A stretch of DNA of 56,043 bases from an uncultured Bacilli bacterium (GCA_947632545.1 CANRPP010000005.1:1-56043); one strand, 5' to 3'; numbered from the stretch's first letter, positions 1 to 9,821 are shown. Translations and numbers: made by a program. The notes: generated by a model not told the origin, from the letters alone.

Positions 1-93
1 TACAGTTTTGTAGAATTAAAATACCGTTTGTAGAAAAAGGGAAAGTTAAATAAAAAATTTACTCGCAAATAGTAAAATGAATTATAAAAAATA

Positions 94-124
94 TTGACTT
101 GGGGGGGGGTAGTTATTGTATAAT
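94..124 (+). promoter_or_regulatory. sigma-A-type promoter with G9 homopolymer in the spacer
   Basis: TTGACT 94-99, G9 101-109, TATAAT 119-124 (19-bp spacer); RBS AAAGGAGG 134-141 follows. Confidence 0.75.
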
Positions 125-148
125 ACTGATATGAAAGGAGGGAAAATA

Positions 149-1042
149 ATGAAAAAATTTATGATGTTAGCGACAATATTAGTTGCAGGATTATTATTTA
201 TACCTAATATTTATGCAGAAAGTGAAATAGAAACCGCCGAAAATTTAAAAACAGCATTAAGTACTGCAGAAAATAATACGGTTACATTAAAAGCAAATAC
301 TACTATTACATTAAAGGCTAGTGATCTTCCAATAACAGTAAATAAGAATGTAACAATAGAAGGTAATGGTGCTACAATTAAAGTTGAAGATGAAAGTAGT
401 GTTGATTTAAAAGGTGATAAATCAATAATTACCGTTGTAGATGGAGGAGATGTTACTATAAATAATCTAACTTTAGAAGGATCTCCAAAATATGGATTAC
501 AAGCTTATAATGGTGGAAAAATTACAATTGATAATGTAACAATTAAAAATTGTAAGTATGGAGCAATATTAGTAAATGGTGGAGATGTAACAGTTAAACA
601 TCTAGCTATGGCTAATAATGGTACTAATGGTGGAAATGGTATTGAAATAGGAAAAGGAGAAAATGTTACTCAAGAGCCAAAAGTTACTTTAGATGGAACT
701 ATTACTTCAGATAATCAAAATGGATATATTACTGTTGCTGAAAATGATCATCTTGATAAATTTACAGTAGAAAGCACAGATACATCAGAAGAAAAACTTC
801 AAATAAAAGATGGTCAGGTAGTTATTACTAATAAAGATGGTAAAATTATAGCAGCATCTAATACCATAAAATCTGGTGTAACACCTCAAGGTGAAGAATA
901 TCAAGAACCAGTTACAATTACTGAACAACCAAAAGAAGAAGCAAATCCTAATACATCTGATATTAACTTATATTTATTATTAAGTATGATTGCAGCAAGT
1001 GGATTAGGAATAGGTTATACAGTAAAAAGAAGATTTAACTAA
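149..1042 (+). CDS. Secreted, cell-wall-anchored protein with right-handed beta-helix-like repeats
   Basis: ATG 149 after AAAGGAGG (preferred to TTG 116); signal peptide; G/N/I/T-rich repeats; C-terminal NPNTSD, hydrophobic helix and KRR tail. Confidence 0.8.
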   Translation: MKKFMMLATILVAGLLFIPNIYAESEIETAENLKTALSTAENNTVTLKANTTITLKASDLPITVNKNVTIEGNGATIKVEDESSVDLKGDKSIITVVDGGDVTINNLTLEGSPKYGLQAYNGGKITIDNVTIKNCKYGAILVNGGDVTVKHLAMANNGTNGGNGIEIGKGENVTQEPKVTLDGTITSDNQNGYITVAENDHLDKFTVESTDTSEEKLQIKDGQVVITNKDGKIIAASNTIKSGVTPQGEEYQEPVTITEQPKEEANPNTSDINLYLLLSMIAASGLGIGYTVKRRFN

Positions 1043-1071
1043 TATATTAATTTAGTAATATTTTATATTTT

Positions 1072-1100
1072 GAGCTAATACTATCTATTAGCTCTTTTTT
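1072..1100 (+). terminator. Rho-independent terminator
   Basis: GAGCTAATA-ctatc-TATTAGCTC followed by a T run. Confidence 0.8.
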
Positions 1101-1179
1101 ATTTAAATTTTATTATGCAACATAATGACTTTTTATTATAAATTTGGTAAAATATTAATATATTGTGTGGTGAGATATA

Positions 1180-2208
1180 ATGTATTGTAAAAAATGTGGT
1201 GAAAAAGTAAAAGAAAATTATAAATTTTGTAAGAATTGTGGTACTCCTATATCAAATAACTTAAATAGCAATAACAATATAATAGAAAATTCTAATATTA
1301 AAGAAGAAGATTTAGTGAAAATTTATGTAGGAAATAACTATAATGAATTAAAGAAAACAAAATTTTCTATACCAACATTTTTTCTAGGCATATATTATTT
1401 TTTATATAGAAAGATGTGGCTATATGCATTAATTTCATTTATAATTGTAGTAATATCATTTACTATTACAATTATTTATGAGAATCCAATATATATCTTA
1501 ATACAATTAATATATATTATTTTTATGGCATTTAAATTTAATGATTTATATATAAAGAAAGCAGAAAAAAGAGTAAATAAAATAAAACAAATTAATAATA
1601 ATAAAACTAATAAAGAGCTTGCATTAATATGTAAAACTAAAGGTGGAGTAAGCATATTAGCGGTAATATTAACAATAGTAATTCTAATGATTATATCATT
1701 TATATCAATATTTATTATAGTATTTTGCTTTATATTTAATGAAATACCTGATAAAATAGATAAACATAATAATTATATTAATGATAATAGTAAATTAGAA
1801 TATGTTGTTCCAGATATCTTTAAAGATAATAATTATCATTCTAAAGATTATGCTAATTATAGTTATTACAATAATAATGCATCATGTAATATTTTAATAA
1901 GTAATAGTATTATGTATGAAGATACTAATATTGATAATTATATAAAAAATGATGTTACAATAAAAATGGATGATACTGTTAGTGATATAAAAACTAGTAA
2001 TATTAATAATTATGAATGGAAATATGTAGAAATTAAAAGTGAAAATAGTATTGAATATTATTATGCATCTATATTTGATAATAGAGTATATAAAGTAAAA
2101 TATAAAATTAATAAAGATAATAATAATTTATGTACTAATGGATATAATACATTTATAAACTCTTTGAAGTTTAAAAAAGAAGATATAAAAAATGATAATA
2201 TAATTTAA
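1180..2208 (+). CDS. Zinc-ribbon plus DUF2628-like membrane protein with extracellular C-terminal domain
   Basis: CxxCG...FCxxCG; F..G..YFLYRKMW motif; several TM helices. Confidence 0.75.
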   Translation: MYCKKCGEKVKENYKFCKNCGTPISNNLNSNNNIIENSNIKEEDLVKIYVGNNYNELKKTKFSIPTFFLGIYYFLYRKMWLYALISFIIVVISFTITIIYENPIYILIQLIYIIFMAFKFNDLYIKKAEKRVNKIKQINNNKTNKELALICKTKGGVSILAVILTIVILMIISFISIFIIVFCFIFNEIPDKIDKHNNYINDNSKLEYVVPDIFKDNNYHSKDYANYSYYNNNASCNILISNSIMYEDTNIDNYIKNDVTIKMDDTVSDIKTSNINNYEWKYVEIKSENSIEYYYASIFDNRVYKVKYKINKDNNNLCTNGYNTFINSLKFKKEDIKNDNII

Positions 2209-2219
2209 GAAGGTGAACA

Positions 2220-3392
2220 ATGAAAACTATTACAGATTTAGAATTAGAAAATAAAAAAGTTTTAATTAGATGTGATTTTAATGTTCCAATAAAAAATGGA
2301 AAAATTATAGATGATACGAGAATAAAAGAGAGTTTAAAAACTATTAACTATTGTATAGAAAAAAATGCTAAAATAATATTATTATCTCATTTAGGTAGAG
2401 TTAAGACTGAATCTGATAAAAAAGATAAAACTTTAAAACCAATTGCCAAAAAATTAGAAAAGTTGTTAAATAAGGAAATAAAATTTATACCTGAAACAAG
2501 AGGAAAAAAATTAGAAGATGCAGTTGATTCATTAAAAAATGGTGAATTATTACTGATAGAAAATACTAGATTTGAAGATATAAATGGAAAAAAAGAAAGT
2601 AGTAATGATAAAGAATTAGGAAAGTATTGGGCATCACTTGGAGATATATTTATTAATGATGCTTTTGGTACAATACATAGAAAACATGCTTCTAATGTAG
2701 GTATTGCGTCAAATAAAGATAGTGCAGTAGGGTTTTTAGTAGAAAAGGAATTAAATGTATTATCTGAATTAAAATGTCCTACTAAACCATTTATTATAAT
2801 ATTAGGTGGAAGTAAAGTAAGTGATAAAATAGGTGTTATTAAGAATTTAGTGAAAAAAGCAGATCGTATATTAATAGGTGGAGGTATGGCTTTTACATTT
2901 TTGCAAAGTGAAGGATATAATATTGGTAGTTCTATATTGGATCAAGATAGCCTAGATTTTTGCAGAGATATTTTAAATAAGTATCCAGAAAAAATTTTAT
3001 TACCAGTAGATGTAAATGTAACTACTGAATTTAGTAATAGTACAAAAAATGAAGTTAAAGATATAACAGAAATTGCTGATAATGAAATGGGTCTTGATAT
3101 AGGACCTAATACAATAACTTTATATGAAAATTATTTAAAAGATGCTAAAACAGTACTATGGAATGGACCTTTGGGAGTATATGAATTAAATAAGTATAAA
3201 AAATCAACAGATGAAATATTAAAATTTTTAGTTGATAACAATATTAAAACTATATTAGGTGGTGGTGATATAGTTGCAGCCGCCTCAAATGCTAAATTAA
3301 ATGATAAAGTATATCATGCATCAACTGGAGGGGGAGCAACTTTAGAATATTTAGAAGGTAAAAAATTGCCAGGTGTAGAAGTAATAAAGTAG
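2220..3392 (+). CDS. pgk: Phosphoglycerate kinase
   Basis: RCDFNVP, SHLGR, NDAFGTIHR, WNGPLG, STGGGA motifs. Confidence 0.98.
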   Translation: MKTITDLELENKKVLIRCDFNVPIKNGKIIDDTRIKESLKTINYCIEKNAKIILLSHLGRVKTESDKKDKTLKPIAKKLEKLLNKEIKFIPETRGKKLEDAVDSLKNGELLLIENTRFEDINGKKESSNDKELGKYWASLGDIFINDAFGTIHRKHASNVGIASNKDSAVGFLVEKELNVLSELKCPTKPFIIILGGSKVSDKIGVIKNLVKKADRILIGGGMAFTFLQSEGYNIGSSILDQDSLDFCRDILNKYPEKILLPVDVNVTTEFSNSTKNEVKDITEIADNEMGLDIGPNTITLYENYLKDAKTVLWNGPLGVYELNKYKKSTDEILKFLVDNNIKTILGGGDIVAAASNAKLNDKVYHASTGGGATLEYLEGKKLPGVEVIK

Positions 3393-3400
3393 GTGATAAA

Positions 3401-3862
3401 ATGAATTTAGTAGCAGTAACAAATTATGATAAGAGTTTATATGCTAAATTAAAAAGATTTGAACAATATAGTGGAAAAAAATTAACTTTTTTAAATAACA
3501 AATCAAATATAAATAAAACAAATAATTCTTCAGTAGAATTATGTGATTTGTTATATCAAGAAAAACAAGGTGAAATTAATAATATATGTTATATAAAAGG
3601 GACTAGTGATAATGGTCTATTTCAATTAGATATAATTAATTTGAACAATTCACAAGTGAAAACAAACCTTGATTTTATAGAATCTGTTACTGAATATGCA
3701 TTTACTGTATTAAATGCTAAAACTACAACTATACTTTCTAACGATTATAATGAAAATGATTTAATGTCACTTGGGTATGAATCATTAGGTGAATATAATG
3801 GAGTATATACTTATGTAAAAGATAGACAAAAACAACCAGAAATGAGTGGAATATCAAGATGA
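3401..3862 (+). CDS. Hypothetical protein, possibly degenerate GNAT (RimJ-like) fold
   Basis: RBS AGGTGA; EYAF...L..LGY pattern of GNAT C-termini; ATGA overlap with next gene. Confidence 0.55.
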   Translation: MNLVAVTNYDKSLYAKLKRFEQYSGKKLTFLNNKSNINKTNNSSVELCDLLYQEKQGEINNICYIKGTSDNGLFQLDIINLNNSQVKTNLDFIESVTEYAFTVLNAKTTTILSNDYNENDLMSLGYESLGEYNGVYTYVKDRQKQPEMSGISR

Positions 3863-4866
3863 AAATAATTAATAATATCAAGAAAAACGCAATTATAATA
3901 TCAATAATAACAATTATTGTAATGTACTTTGTACTAAAAGATGATTTTAAAAATATAGTTAATACCTTACTAACAGTAGATATAAAATATATTTTAATAT
4001 CTATTCTTATATTTTTTATATCACTTTTTTTTAAAGCTTACATTTCATATAAAACAGTTGATAATAAAGAAAAATATTCTCTATTAGAATCAATTAAACA
4101 TAATGTAATAATTCAGTTTTTTAATGGGATTACACCATTTTCTACTGGTGGACAACCTATGGAAATATATATGCTTACAAAACATGATATAAATGCAAGT
4201 AAAGGTACAATGATAACTTTACAAAACTTTATATTCTATCAAATAGCTTTAGTATTATTTGGAATAGGTGCGGTTATATATAATGCAATATATGATATTT
4301 TTCCAAAAATTCCAATTTTAAGAAAATTAGTACTAATTGGATTTATAATAAATACACTTGTTGCAGTAGTAATAATTATAATTTCTATTTCAAAAAAGTT
4401 CACCACATCTTTTATTAAATTTATAATTAATATTTTATATAAATTAAGATTAATAAAGGATAAAACTAAAACTAAAGAAAATTGGAATAGAAGAATAAAT
4501 GAATTTCATGAATGTGCTGAATATTTAAGAAAAAGGAAAAAATTAACTTTAGTAGGAATTTTATTTAATTTTCTTTCTCTAGCGGCACTTTATATAATTC
4601 CATTATTTATATTATATAGTATGGGTAACTTTACTAGCTTAAGTATAAAAACAACATTGATATCATCAGCTTATGTACTTTTAATAGGAGCATTCATACC
4701 AATACCAGGTGGAAGTGGTGGAATCGAATATGGATTTTTACAATTTTTTGGTAATTTTTTATCAAAAAGCGAAGTAGGAACGGCATTATTAATTTGGAGA
4801 TTTATAACATACTATATGCCTATGATTATAGGTGCTATTGCTTTTAACTTTGATGAAAGGAAGTAA
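3859..4866 (+). CDS. Lysylphosphatidylglycerol-synthase TM domain (UPF0104 flippase-like) protein
   Basis: FFNGITPFSTGGQP, PIPGGSGGIE and LIWRFITYY motifs; multiple TM helices. Confidence 0.9.
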   Translation: MKIINNIKKNAIIISIITIIVMYFVLKDDFKNIVNTLLTVDIKYILISILIFFISLFFKAYISYKTVDNKEKYSLLESIKHNVIIQFFNGITPFSTGGQPMEIYMLTKHDINASKGTMITLQNFIFYQIALVLFGIGAVIYNAIYDIFPKIPILRKLVLIGFIINTLVAVVIIIISISKKFTTSFIKFIINILYKLRLIKDKTKTKENWNRRINEFHECAEYLRKRKKLTLVGILFNFLSLAALYIIPLFILYSMGNFTSLSIKTTLISSAYVLLIGAFIPIPGGSGGIEYGFLQFFGNFLSKSEVGTALLIWRFITYYMPMIIGAIAFNFDERK

Positions 4867-4870
4867 CATT

Positions 4871-6097
4871 ATGAGAATTGGTTTATTTACAGATACATAT
4901 CCTCCACAAATAAATGGAGTATCAACAAGTGTACAAATGTTAAAGAATGCATTAGAAAAGAAAAACCATGAAGTATATGTAATAACTTCAAATAATAGTT
5001 CAATAAAATATGATTATGATGAAGATAAACATATCTTAAGAATTCCAGGTGTACCAACTGGTATATATGATTATAGATTAACAAAAATATATCCATTAAA
5101 AGTAATTAATTTAATAAAAGGTTGGAAATTAGATGTAATTCATTCTCACACAGAATTTGGTGTAGGCATATTTGCTAGAATTTTTGCAAAACAATTTAAT
5201 ATACCTTTAGTTCATACATATCACACTATGTATGAAGATTATACCCATTATATAACTCATGGTTATTTTGATAGAACAAGTAAAAAAATAGTTGAATATT
5301 TAACAAAATTTTATTGTGATAAAACAGCATCAGAATTAATTGTACCAACTAATAAAATATATAAATTATTTAAAGAAAAATATACATTTGAAAAAAATAT
5401 ACATATTGTACCAACAGGTATTGAAGTAGAAAGATTCTTTAAAGAAAATGTAGATATAGAAACTATTACTTATTTAAGAAAAAGATTAGGTTATACAAAA
5501 AAAGATATAGTTTTATTATTTGTAGGAAGAATTGCGCAAGAAAAAAATATAGAATTTTTATTAAATGCACATAAAAAATTAATAAGTATAAATAAAAATA
5601 TAAAATTATTAATAGTAGGAGATGGCCCTGATAGACAAAAATATGAAAAATTATCAAAAAAGTTAAAAATAGAAAATAACGTAAAGTTTGTAGGAAAAAT
5701 ACCTTGGGATGAAACAGAATACTATTATAATATTGCGGATATTTTTGTAACTGCATCAACTACAGAAACTCAAGGTTTAACTATAATAGAAGCAATGGCG
5801 TCTAGTCTTACACCAGTATGTATAAATGATGAGGCTTTTATTAGTGCTGTTACTAATGATTTAAATGGTTATATATTCAATGATGAAAATGATTATTGTA
5901 ATATAATATTGGATTTAGTAAAAAATAAAAATAAAAGAATCAAAGCAGGAATTCAAGCAAGAATACAAGCTGAACATCTTTCTTCATCACAATTTGCAAG
6001 TAATGTTTTATTAGTTTATGAACATGCACTATCAAGTAAGAATAAATATAGATATGGCTTTATTTCTAAAATAGTAGAAAAGATGAAAGGAGAGTAA
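4871..6097 (+). CDS. GT4 glycosyltransferase (diacylglycerol glucosyltransferase-like)
   Basis: MRIGLFTDTYPPQINGV, VHTYHT, VGRIAQEKN, ETQGLTIIEAMA. Confidence 0.9.
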   Translation: MRIGLFTDTYPPQINGVSTSVQMLKNALEKKNHEVYVITSNNSSIKYDYDEDKHILRIPGVPTGIYDYRLTKIYPLKVINLIKGWKLDVIHSHTEFGVGIFARIFAKQFNIPLVHTYHTMYEDYTHYITHGYFDRTSKKIVEYLTKFYCDKTASELIVPTNKIYKLFKEKYTFEKNIHIVPTGIEVERFFKENVDIETITYLRKRLGYTKKDIVLLFVGRIAQEKNIEFLLNAHKKLISINKNIKLLIVGDGPDRQKYEKLSKKLKIENNVKFVGKIPWDETEYYYNIADIFVTASTTETQGLTIIEAMASSLTPVCINDEAFISAVTNDLNGYIFNDENDYCNIILDLVKNKNKRIKAGIQARIQAEHLSSSQFASNVLLVYEHALSSKNKYRYGFISKIVEKMKGE

Positions 6098-6098
6098 T

Positions 6099-6791
6099 AT
6101 GTTAATAGTATTAAATAATAAATGTAATTTAGAAAAAAATGAATTTAAAACTTATGTAAAAAAACTATGCAAAATATCTACTATAAATGAAATAGTATTA
6201 TGCCCTAGTTATATTTATATGGATAATATAAAACTTAAAAGAATATTTTTAGGTTCCCAAAATGTAAGTAAATATAGTGATGGATCATATACTGGTGAAA
6301 TATCTGCAAAACAATTAAAAAGTGTAAATGTTGATTACTGCATAGTAGGTCACAGTGAAAGAAGAATAAATAATAATGAAACAAATGAAGATATTAATTT
6401 AAAAATAAAAGAATTATTAAAATATAATATTATACCAATACTTTGTATAGGTGAAACACAAGAGCAAAAGTCTCATAATAAAACTGAAGATATAATAAAA
6501 CAAGAAATAGAAATGTGTTTGAAAGATATTAAACAAAAAGAAAAAATAATAATTGCTTATGAACCTATATGGTCTATTGGTACAGGAAATATTCCTCTAG
6601 CTGATGAAATAGAAAACGTAATGTATACTATAAAAAAATTACTTCCAAAAAATAGAATTATATATGGAGGTAGTGTATCTGAAGATAATATTGAAAATTT
6701 AAAAGCAATAAATTTAATAGATGGCTATATATTAGGAAATACTAGTTTATATCCAGAAAAAATAAAAAAACTTGTTGAGAAATTGAAATAA
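6099..6791 (+). CDS. tpiA: Triosephosphate isomerase
   Basis: NxK, GSYTGEIS, GHSERR, AYEPIWSIGTG, YGGSV. Confidence 0.93.
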   Translation: MLIVLNNKCNLEKNEFKTYVKKLCKISTINEIVLCPSYIYMDNIKLKRIFLGSQNVSKYSDGSYTGEISAKQLKSVNVDYCIVGHSERRINNNETNEDINLKIKELLKYNIIPILCIGETQEQKSHNKTEDIIKQEIEMCLKDIKQKEKIIIAYEPIWSIGTGNIPLADEIENVMYTIKKLLPKNRIIYGGSVSEDNIENLKAINLIDGYILGNTSLYPEKIKKLVEKLK

Positions 6792-6866
6792 TATTTCTTT
6801 TTCTTTTGTAATAAATATTTATTTAATCCATATAATTAAATGAAAATATAAATATGGGGTGAATAA

Positions 6867-7862
6867 ATGAAAAAGATAATTCTTTCTATTTTAGTTGTTG
6901 CAGTTTTATTAGTAACAGGATGCGGAAAATACGGAGAAAATGATGTAATAAATGATTTAGAGAAAAAAATAAATAAGTTGTCAGGCTATAAATTAGATGG
7001 AGATTTAGAAATAGTCAATAATGATGAGGTATATAATTATAAAGTAGAAACATCGTATAAAAAAGATGATTTATATAAGGTTAGTTTAACTAATACTTCT
7101 AATAATTATGAGCAGGTTATTTTAAAAAATACAGATGGAGTTTATGTATTGACACCATCATTAAACAAAAGCTTTAAATTTCAAAGTGATTGGCCAAATA
7201 GCAATTCTCAAATATACCTTCTCCAATCAATAATTGATGATATAACAAATGATAAAGATAAAGAATTTAAAGAAACTAAAAATAGCTATATATTTACAAC
7301 TGATGTAGATTATCCAAATAATAAAAAACTAGTAAAGCAAAAAATAGAGTTTGATAAAAAATTAAATTTAAAAAAAGTTACAGTATATAATGAAGAAAAC
7401 GTACCACTTATGACATTTAAGGTAACTGATATAGATTATTCTCCTACATTTAAAAAGAATAATTTTAAAGTAAATGAAGTATTAAAAACAATCAGTACAG
7501 AAACTATGAAAGAAACAACATCTATAAATGATACAATATATCCACTAGCATTACCTGAGGGTACAAAATTAGTTAATGAAGAAAAAGTGGATAAAACAAA
7601 TGGTAATAGAATTATAATGACATTTGATGGAGATAAACCTTTCTTACTTGTTGAGGAAACAGCCAATATAGAAGATGAAATGACTATTGTTCCAACATAT
7701 GGAGAACCATATATGCTTATGGATACAGTAGGTGCAATGACTGATAATTCAATAACATGGACTAGTGGCGGGGTAGAATATTATATTGTTAGTGATGTAA
7801 TGAATCAAGATGAATTATTGGAAATAGCTGAATCTATTGGTACAGTACCGACAATGAAATAA
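6867..7862 (+). CDS. YdcC-like sporulation lipoprotein (LolA-like fold)
   Basis: Lipobox VTGC; EQVILKN..GVYVLTP.LNKSFKFQSDWP.S.SQ.YL block typical of YdcC; CATATAAT (sigE/K-type -10) upstream at 6829. Confidence 0.85.
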   Translation: MKKIILSILVVAVLLVTGCGKYGENDVINDLEKKINKLSGYKLDGDLEIVNNDEVYNYKVETSYKKDDLYKVSLTNTSNNYEQVILKNTDGVYVLTPSLNKSFKFQSDWPNSNSQIYLLQSIIDDITNDKDKEFKETKNSYIFTTDVDYPNNKKLVKQKIEFDKKLNLKKVTVYNEENVPLMTFKVTDIDYSPTFKKNNFKVNEVLKTISTETMKETTSINDTIYPLALPEGTKLVNEEKVDKTNGNRIIMTFDGDKPFLLVEETANIEDEMTIVPTYGEPYMLMDTVGAMTDNSITWTSGGVEYYIVSDVMNQDELLEIAESIGTVPTMK

Positions 7863-7863
7863 G

Positions 7864-8715
7864 GTGACTAAAATAAAAGATAAAAAAATAAAGAAATTAC
7901 TATTAATTGTTATATTATTTAGTATATTGTTAATACGAAATGTTTTTGCTACTGCATCAGAATATCCATCTGAAATTAATTCTAGTGATGATTTGTGGAA
8001 AATAGAAGATATTACATCTAGCGATACTTTAATTGGAGAAAAGGGAACAATAACAACAGAAGGGAAAACAACAACGATTACTTATAGTGGAAAAAGTTTT
8101 AGATTGCTAGAAGGAACAGGTAAATGTGCTCTACCATCATCTGTTTCAGATCCAAATTGTAAAGGAGAAACAGGAGATAGACCGTATGGATACAGTTGGA
8201 TTAGATTTAAAGTTGCACCATTAAATGATGATGGAAGTGAAAAAAATGATGGTATATTAAATATAAAACTTCCAAACTTAAGTGAAATAAGTACAACAAC
8301 AAAAGATGAAAAAAGAAAACCAATATTTACTGACTATGTAGGAATAAGTAAAGATAAATTAAATGAAGCTTTAAAAGATAACAGAAATCTAGTATTCACG
8401 TATAACTTTGAATATAAAAGTGATACAACAAATGAAGAAGATAAAACTCATACATTAAAAATACAAGTAGATCCAGCAACAACTTTATTATATAAAGTAG
8501 GTAGTGTTGGAACTGATCCAAAAGATATAGAATATAATGGACCAGAAGAGAAGAAAAAACAAGATACATTACGAACATCGAAAATAGATAACTCTCCAAA
8601 AGCATTAGAAAAACAAAATAAAATAAGTATTAATTCTATAGTTATAATAATAGTAATAATATTTAGTGTAGGTATAATACTATATTTAATAAAAAAATTT
8701 AATAAAAATTTATAA
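7864..8715 (+). CDS. Hypothetical exported protein with C-terminal membrane anchor
   Basis: N-terminal signal peptide; C-terminal hydrophobic helix and basic tail. Confidence 0.7.
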   Translation: MTKIKDKKIKKLLLIVILFSILLIRNVFATASEYPSEINSSDDLWKIEDITSSDTLIGEKGTITTEGKTTTITYSGKSFRLLEGTGKCALPSSVSDPNCKGETGDRPYGYSWIRFKVAPLNDDGSEKNDGILNIKLPNLSEISTTTKDEKRKPIFTDYVGISKDKLNEALKDNRNLVFTYNFEYKSDTTNEEDKTHTLKIQVDPATTLLYKVGSVGTDPKDIEYNGPEEKKKQDTLRTSKIDNSPKALEKQNKISINSIVIIIVIIFSVGIILYLIKKFNKNL

Positions 8716-8718
8716 TGC

Positions 8719-8745
8719 AAAGTACATATATATTTGTACTTTTCT
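8719..8745 (+). terminator. Probable terminator
   Basis: AAAGTACA-N8-TGTACTTT directly after the stop codon. Confidence 0.6.
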
Positions 8746-8837
8746 TGTTATAAATTATATAGTCTCCAAAATGTCATACCATGCAAAATAATTAATTTCA
8801 TATGATAGTATGAAAAGTAGAAAAAGGATTGATTACT

Positions 8838-9077
8838 ATGACTTTACCACAACTAAATGAAAATGATTATATAGAAAAAGATTGTGAATTTTGGAAAAAC
8901 TATAGGAAAGAATTAACAAAACTAATTAATAAAGAAACTTCAAAAATAGAAAAAACAACAGAAAATATTTATAACTTGTCAAAAGAAATAGGAATAAAAC
9001 CTACAGCAAGATATTTTAATATAGAACCATCACAAGTAAGATATTATATTAAGAAATATGAAAAAGACTTAGTATAA
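8838..9077 (+). CDS. Small helix-turn-helix protein
   Basis: AAAGGA RBS; C-terminal GIKPTARYFNIEPSQVRYYIKKY HTH pattern. Confidence 0.65.
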   Translation: MTLPQLNENDYIEKDCEFWKNYRKELTKLINKETSKIEKTTENIYNLSKEIGIKPTARYFNIEPSQVRYYIKKYEKDLV

Positions 9078-9150
9078 TATATAAATAATAATCAAATACA
9101 AAATAATAGCAAAAAGTATAATTTTATGTTATAATTTATTTGGTGATATT

Positions 9151-9708
9151 ATGGCAAAAAAAACAAATTCAAAGAATAAAAAAAAGAAAACTACCAATAA
9201 TAAAAAAGTAGTAAATAATAAAAAAATAATTGAAAAAAATATAAGTAATAATAAAAATTCATTTGTAATAAAATGTATAGTAATAGTATTAGTAATTTTA
9301 CTTTTAGTCTATTTATTAACTGTATATATAACAAAGAATTCTACAGATTCTGTTACTAAAGAAAAAAAGGAAAATACAACAATTCAATCTGATGAAATAT
9401 TACTAGGAACAAGTTTTAAACAAACAGATAAAGAATATTTAGTATTATTTTATAATGTTGATACAGATATAAATAGTACTTATTATACATTAAAAAGTGA
9501 TTATGAAGCTAAAGAAGATGCATTACCTATTTATTATGTAAATTTAGCAAGTAAATTAAATTCAGATTGTATTAGTACTGAAAGTAATGAAGACGCAACA
9601 AATGCTAGTGAATTAAAGATAAATGATACAACACTTATTAAATTTACTAATAATGAAATTAGTGAATATATAGTAGGCGGAGAAGCAATTTCTGAATATT
9701 TACAATAG
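9151..9708 (+). CDS. Membrane-anchored hypothetical protein (possible thioredoxin-like fold without CxxC)
   Basis: Lys-rich N-terminus, single TM helix, EYLVLFY...IYYVNL...TLIKF pattern. Confidence 0.6.
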   Translation: MAKKTNSKNKKKKTTNNKKVVNNKKIIEKNISNNKNSFVIKCIVIVLVILLLVYLLTVYITKNSTDSVTKEKKENTTIQSDEILLGTSFKQTDKEYLVLFYNVDTDINSTYYTLKSDYEAKEDALPIYYVNLASKLNSDCISTESNEDATNASELKINDTTLIKFTNNEISEYIVGGEAISEYLQ

Positions 9709-9728
9709 TCATCAATAGATGACTTTAT

Positions 9729-9805
9729 GCCTCAATAGCTCAGTTGGTTAGAGCACTTGACTGTTAATCAAGGGGTCCTAGGTTCAAGTCCTAGTTGGGG
9801 CGCCA
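9729..9805 (+). tRNA. tRNA-Asn (GTT)
   Basis: Acceptor stem GCCTCAA/TTGGGGC; D-arm; anticodon arm CTTGA-ctGTTaa-TCAAG; GGTTCAAGTCC T-arm; encoded CCA. Confidence 0.97.
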
Positions 9806-9821
9806 TTAAAAAAATAACATG

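Noticed and set aside
116-148. Upstream TTG start of the first ORF, and similar extensions of rpsD (42637), the Cse60-like gene (27695) and the 35064 ORF
   Set aside because: The extensions run through promoter, RBS or leader sequence; downstream ATGs have proper RBSs and match family N-termini.
6720-6750. TpiA C-terminal loop GYILGNTSL instead of G.LVGGASL
   Set aside because: Catalytic Lys, His and Glu and the lid loop are intact, and this loop binds phosphate mainly through backbone atoms; insufficient to claim altered function.
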